Shown in pieces: positions 60,801 to 64,000 of a stretch of DNA of 64,000 nucleotides. A program made the position numbers and the translations under genes. Within the stretch, counting starts at the first letter, position 1. Each line of letters starts with the position of its first letter. Below the pieces are notes generated by a model. It was not told the origin of the DNA and did no database searches. It was given only the letters and a program-made list of their open reading frames with translations. The DNA is from an uncultured Acidimicrobiaceae bacterium. GTDB taxonomy: Bacteria; Actinomycetota; Acidimicrobiia; Acidimicrobiales; Bog-793. The stretch spans positions 154,683 to 218,682 of the forward strand of contig CAVRAT010000015.1 of the NCBI GenBank assembly GCA_963719125.1, written 5' to 3'.

Positions 60801-61630
60801 GAGCGCAGCTCCTCGTAGCCTTCGCGGTCGAGGCGTTCGGCGAGCTCAGGGCCTCCGCTCTCGACGATGCGCCCGCCCAGCATCACGTGCACGCGGTCCG
60901 GTCGCAGCTCCTCCAGGATGCGGCGGTAGTGCGTCACGAGCACGATGCCGAGGTCCGGGCGAACGCCGCGGACCGACTCGATCCCCCGGGCGACGATCCG
61001 CAGCGCGTCGACGTCGAGGCCCGAGTCGGTCTCGTCCAAGATGGCGACGTCGGGCTCCAGCATGGCCATCTGGAGGATCTCGTTGCGTTTCTTCTCACCG
61101 CCGGAGAATCCCTCGTTCAGGTACCGGCTGGCGAAGGCGGGGTCCATGTCCAGGCGTTTCATCCACTCCATGAGCGCGACGCGTACCTCGAGCACCGAGA
61201 TGTCCATCCCGCGGCGGGCGGACACGGCCTGGCGGAGGAACTGCGACACCGGCACGCCGGGGATCTCCTCCGGATACTGGAAGGCAAGGAACACCCCGGC
61301 TCTCGCCCGGGCGTCGGCCGCCCAGGACGTGATCTCCTCGCCCCGCAGCACGATCCGTCCGCGCACGACCTGGTAGCCGGGATTGCCGGCGATGGCGTTG
61401 GCGAGCGTCGACTTCCCCGAGCCGTTGGGGCCCATGAGGGCGTGCAGCTCGCCCTTTTTGACAACGAGGTCGACACCACGGAGGATCTCGTGGTCCTCGA
61501 CTTTGACGTGCAGGTCTTCGATCGCCAGCACCTGGCTGCCGGCCCCGTTGCCTGGGTGTTCAGGAGCCGCGGGGCTCCTCGGGTCACGACGGTGCTCGGC
61601 GATCACGCTTCCGTTCGACACGACCACCAT
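60797..61630 (-). CDS. sufC: Fe-S cluster assembly ATPase SufC
   Basis: GPNGSGKST, the LSGGE-like FSGGEKKR and ILDETDSGLD motifs. The start may be the downstream GTG at 61531. Confidence 0.92.
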   Translation of the reverse strand: MVVVSNGSVIAEHRRDPRSPAAPEHPGNGAGSQVLAIEDLHVKVEDHEILRGVDLVVKKGELHALMGPNGSGKSTLANAIAGNPGYQVVRGRIVLRGEEITSWAADARARAGVFLAFQYPEEIPGVPVSQFLRQAVSARRGMDISVLEVRVALMEWMKRLDMDPAFASRYLNEGFSGGEKKRNEILQMAMLEPDVAILDETDSGLDVDALRIVARGIESVRGVRPDLGIVLVTHYRRILEELRPDRVHVMLGGRIVESGGPELAERLDREGYEELRS

Positions 61631-61677
61631 GTTAGACGCGCCGCGGGATTACCACTACGTCCGTAGGGGAAATATCG

Positions 61678-62280
61678 CTACCAGCCACGCTCGATCCATT
61701 CGTCCAGGTGAGGGAGCTCGGTGCCGATTGTGGTGTCGAGTCCGTGGCCCGGCATCACGATCGTCTCGGCCGGCAGTGGCGCGAAGATGCGCCGCTCGAT
61801 CGACTCGATGATGGTCGGGAAGTCCCCGAGGTCGGTGGCCGTGTTGCCGGGCCCCCCCGGGAAGAGCGTGTCCCCGGAGAGGAGGACCGGGGACCCCTCT
61901 ATCAGGAAGCACATGGACCCCGGCGTGTGACCGGGCGTGTGTATCGTCCGAAGCCGCAGCCGGCCCACCGCGAGCACGTCGTCGTCCTCGAGGAGGAGGT
62001 CGTAGGAGGGGAGCATGGCGGCGTCCTCGGCCCGCACGGCGACCTCGTAGCCGGCGTCACGCAGTTGCGGGACCGCCTGGATGTGGTCCCAGTGGCCGTG
62101 GGTCTCCACGACCTTGCGCACTCCGAGGCGCCGGCAGAGCTCGAGGAGCTGCTCGTGCTCGTTGGCGGCGTCGACCAACAGGGCGTCGCCGCTCGCGCGG
62201 CAGCGCACCACGAAGACGTTGTTGTCGTAGGGCCCGACGACGACCTTGTGTATCTCGACCTGTTCGTCCTCGTAGTGCAT
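61678..62280 (-). CDS. MBL-fold metallo-hydrolase (glyoxalase II-like)
   Basis: ETHGHWDHIQAV (HxHxDH) and HTPGHTPGS motifs. Confidence 0.85.
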   Translation of the reverse strand: MHYEDEQVEIHKVVVGPYDNNVFVVRCRASGDALLVDAANEHEQLLELCRRLGVRKVVETHGHWDHIQAVPQLRDAGYEVAVRAEDAAMLPSYDLLLEDDDVLAVGRLRLRTIHTPGHTPGSMCFLIEGSPVLLSGDTLFPGGPGNTATDLGDFPTIIESIERRIFAPLPAETIVMPGHGLDTTIGTELPHLDEWIERGW

Positions 62281-62382
62281 GGCGCGGTCTCCTGTTCTCC
62301 CCGGCCCGGGCCCTGGGAGGGTCCTCTCGAGCCTGGGATCGATCCATGGACAGACTAAAGTCTGTTTCGGAGGTGGTCCTCG

Positions 62383-62697
62383 GTGGCTCCTGACAAGCCT
62401 GCCGGTGCCGACGCGGGCTCAGGCGCCGGGGACAGCCGTCCCGCGGGGCCGAGGGCTTCGGACGCGGACCGCGACCGTTTCGCGGCCGAGTTGCACGAGC
62501 ATTTCGCCGAGGGCCGGCTCAGTCTCGAGGAGCTGCAACGCCGCCTCGACCTCGTCTTCGCGGCGCAGACGCTCATCGACCTTTACGAGCTGACGAGCGA
62601 CTTGCCCCATCCCGGGCCGCACCTGTCGCACGGGCACGGATCCGGTTCCGGGCGCCGTTCGGCGGCGCGCAAGAGGCGCCTGTGGCCCTTCGGTTGA
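62383..62697 (+). CDS. DUF1707 domain protein
   Basis: ASDADRDRFAAELHEHFAEGRLSLEELQRRLDLVFAAQT is the DUF1707 signature. GTG start. Confidence 0.75.
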   Translation: MAPDKPAGADAGSGAGDSRPAGPRASDADRDRFAAELHEHFAEGRLSLEELQRRLDLVFAAQTLIDLYELTSDLPHPGPHLSHGHGSGSGRRSAARKRRLWPFG

Positions 62698-62767
62698 GTG
62701 GATCGCGCGCACGGGGCCAAAGTCTCGATACATTAGGGGCCACCAGAGAAAGGAGGTGGTCCAATTC

Positions 62768-62812
62768 ATGAGTAGTCAACCTTGCGGGACCCTGGAGGTG
62801 GCTGGCCGCTAG
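62768..62812 (+). CDS. candidate 14-codon small ORF (MSSQPCGTLEVAGR) behind a perfect Shine-Dalgarno sequence
   Basis: AAAGGAGGTG at 62749..62758, ATG at 62768 and TAG at 62810. There is no homology evidence, and it may instead be part of a non-coding RNA structure. Confidence 0.2.
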   Translation: MSSQPCGTLEVAGR

Positions 62813-62880
62813 GCGGCACGCTGGACCACCTGGTGAATCCATCCAGACACCCTCGGTGTCTCCGGTCGAGAGTTGGTCCC

Positions 62881-62911
62881 GCTCGATGCAGCCCGGAAGC
62901 CGAGCCTTTTT
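62881..62911 (+). terminator. terminator-like hairpin plus T5
   Basis: GCUCG..GC-loop-GC..CGAGC (62881..62905) followed by CTTTTTC. Confidence 0.35.
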
Positions 62912-62949
62912 CAGCAAATGACAATGGCTACGGGAGTTCCCGTAGTCGC

Positions 62950-62985
62950 CTCGAGGGGCGCTCCGGCGCCCCTCGAGCGCGTTTT
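62950..62985 (+). terminator. strong hairpin with a perfect 12-bp stem, followed by CGCGTTTT
   Basis: CTCGAGGGGCGC-TCCG-GCGCCCCTCGAG at 62950..62977, with the T-run at 62982..62985. Confidence 0.55.
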
Positions 62986-63091
62986 GACCCGGAGGGGCCG
63001 GCGCCGGGTGTTCCGTGGTCAAGGTCCCTTTCCTGACGCCGGGTTGTCTGGACGGGAAGGGCGGGCCGCTGCCGGCTCCAGAGGGGCCCGC

Positions 63092-63685
63092 TCAGGCGGT
63101 CTTGGAGGCGGCCTTCATCGCGCGCTTGTGCTCGCGAACCGCGAGAAGAGCGCCCGGGCTGTCGATGTCGGCCACCGAGGCCAGTGAGCCGGCTCGGCCG
63201 AAGGGCCCCGCCGCCTTCTCCCAGCCCTGCGGGCGAACGCCGAGTTGCTTGCCCAAGAGGGCGACAAAGATGCGGGCTTTTTGCTCGCCGAAACCGGGGA
63301 GCGCCTTCACTCGCTTGAACAACTCGTCACCGGTGGCGGCCGTCGTCCAGACCGAGGCAGCCTTGGCGCCGTACTCGTCGACGAGCAGCCGGCAGAGATC
63401 CTGCACCCGGGCGGCCATCGCGGCCGGGAAGCGGTGGAGGGCAGGCTTCTCCACGAACAACGCCGTCAGCTCGTCCGGGTCCATGGCAGCGATCCTGGCT
63501 GCGTCGAGCTTGGCGCCGAGCCTCTGGCGAAGGACCCAAGGTCCGGCGAAAGCCTTCTCCAAGGGCACCTGCTGATCCAGGACCATGCCGATCAAAAGCG
63601 CGAGAGGATCTTCGGCGAGGTACTTGTCCGCTTTCGGATCCCCTGTGAAAGGGAGGCTCTTCAGGGTGGTCACGTCTCGGGGCAT
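63092..63685 (-). CDS. HhH-GPD-type base excision DNA repair protein
   Basis: LIGMVLDQQVPLEKAF...ALPGFGEQKARIFVALLGKQLG (helix-hairpin-helix segment). Confidence 0.8.
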   Translation of the reverse strand: MPRDVTTLKSLPFTGDPKADKYLAEDPLALLIGMVLDQQVPLEKAFAGPWVLRQRLGAKLDAARIAAMDPDELTALFVEKPALHRFPAAMAARVQDLCRLLVDEYGAKAASVWTTAATGDELFKRVKALPGFGEQKARIFVALLGKQLGVRPQGWEKAAGPFGRAGSLASVADIDSPGALLAVREHKRAMKAASKTA

Positions 63686-63687
63686 CG

Positions 63688-63719
63688 AAAAAGTGTAAGG
63701 CGCGAGGCATCTCGCGCCT
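63688..63719 (-). terminator. intrinsic terminator downstream of aceE
   Basis: On the minus strand: perfect 9-bp stem AGGCGCGAG-AUGC-CUCGCGCCU, then UACAC and U5. Confidence 0.55.
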
Positions 63720-63761
63720 GCCCCGGCGCGCCTCGCCCGGCGTCAGGCGCGCGGTGTGGTC

Positions 63762-64000
63762 TCAGGCGCCTCGCGGGTCGATGGCCTCGGGGTCTACGCC
63801 GTAGCGCTCTATGGCGGCGGCGACCTCGCTGGGCTTTCCCTCGCCCGCCGCCGCCAGCTCGGCCAGGACCGCGACCACAACGTGGGCGGCGTCGACTTCG
63901 AAATGCCTTCTGAGCGCGGGACGGGTGTCGGAACGGCCGAACCCGTCGGTCCCGAGCACGGTGAACGGTGAGCGGACGAACCGGGCGACCTGGTCCGGAA
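63762..64000 (-). CDS. aceE: pyruvate dehydrogenase E1 component, C-terminal end (5' part lies outside the window)
   Basis: FVRSPFTVLGTDGFGRSDTRPALRRHFEVDAAHVVVAVLAELA is the conserved AceE C-terminus. The frame is open to the window edge. Confidence 0.85.
   Translation of the reverse strand, partial: PDQVARFVRSPFTVLGTDGFGRSDTRPALRRHFEVDAAHVVVAVLAELAAAGEGKPSEVAAAIERYGVDPEAIDPRGA

Noticed and set aside
62713-63080. Possible tmRNA. A 5' GGGGCCA could pair with 3' GGCUCC-A, including a G3-U pair. The length is about 368 nt, and there is a GCAAAUGACAAU segment reminiscent of an ANDN tag start.
   Set aside because: There is no T-arm (no GGUUCGA-type loop before the 3' strand). No short tag ORF ends in the usual Ala-Ala stop: the ANDN frame runs about 45 codons. 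That segment also lies about 205 nt from the 5' end, far beyond the normal resume-codon position.
62698-63091. RNase P RNA or SRP RNA in the same gap.
   Set aside because: The conserved P4 sequences (GAGGAAAGUCC / ACAGAAnCCGGC) are absent in the correct order on either strand. The CCCGGAAG element lacks the flanking SRP domain IV consensus.
1-64000. Search for CRISPR arrays, tRNA or rRNA genes, IS elements, integrases, toxin-antitoxin or defence gene signatures.
   Set aside because: None was seen by eye. All gaps over 100 bp were read, and only the features listed were found. A computational scan (tRNAscan-SE, Infernal, ISfinder, defence-system HMMs) would be needed to exclude small or degenerate elements.

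Overview
The window is a visibly high-GC (GC not computed), actinobacterial-type core chromosome segment that is almost fully coding. I call about 60 protein genes, nearly all recognisable housekeeping functions.

Gene content in order:
- dnaE 3' end
- A tandem pair of FadH/old-yellow-enzyme oxidoreductases
- Menaquinone cluster menE/menB/menA/menH/menD, then tyrS and rnd
- aroK-aroB-aroQ-pepQ-efp-nusB
- A PyrR-controlled pyrR-pyrB-pyrC-pyrD-pyrF operon
- A peptide/nickel-type ABC importer
- mihF-gmk-(inserted solute-binding gene)-rpoZ-coaBC-metK-priA
- rpsO-pnp-M16 peptidase-dapB-dapA-rnj-ftsK
- A DD-carboxypeptidase and thrB
- sufC-sufS-sufU
- aceE 3' end

I saw no rRNA, tRNA, CRISPR array, IS or transposase, integrase, prophage or recognisable defence gene. 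I do not see a convincing novel multi-gene system.

Points worth a second look:
1. ftsK has a roughly 93-codon acidic insertion between Walker A and Walker B. It ends in a UGA, and the Walker B region continues in the +1 frame.
2. A 390-bp gene-free gap between convergent genes (62.7-63.1 kb) is highly structured. It holds a perfect Shine-Dalgarno sequence, a 14-codon ORF, competing SD/anti-SD pairings and two terminator-like hairpins.
3. The gmk P-loop lies upstream of any ATG/GTG/TTG. This implies a CTG start overlapping the mihF stop.
4. pepQ has a frame break at its 5' end.
5. A Bacillus-style PyrR binding loop plus intrinsic terminator sits in front of pyrR.
6. A perfect 22-bp palindrome abuts a TATAGT box upstream of rpoZ.
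7. PriA has no Walker A or Walker B motif.
8. A second, paralogous solute-binding gene is inserted on the opposite strand inside the conserved mihF-gmk-rpoZ block.

Many long alternative-frame or antisense ORFs in the track are Arg/Pro/Gly/Ala-rich high-GC artefacts and were not called.
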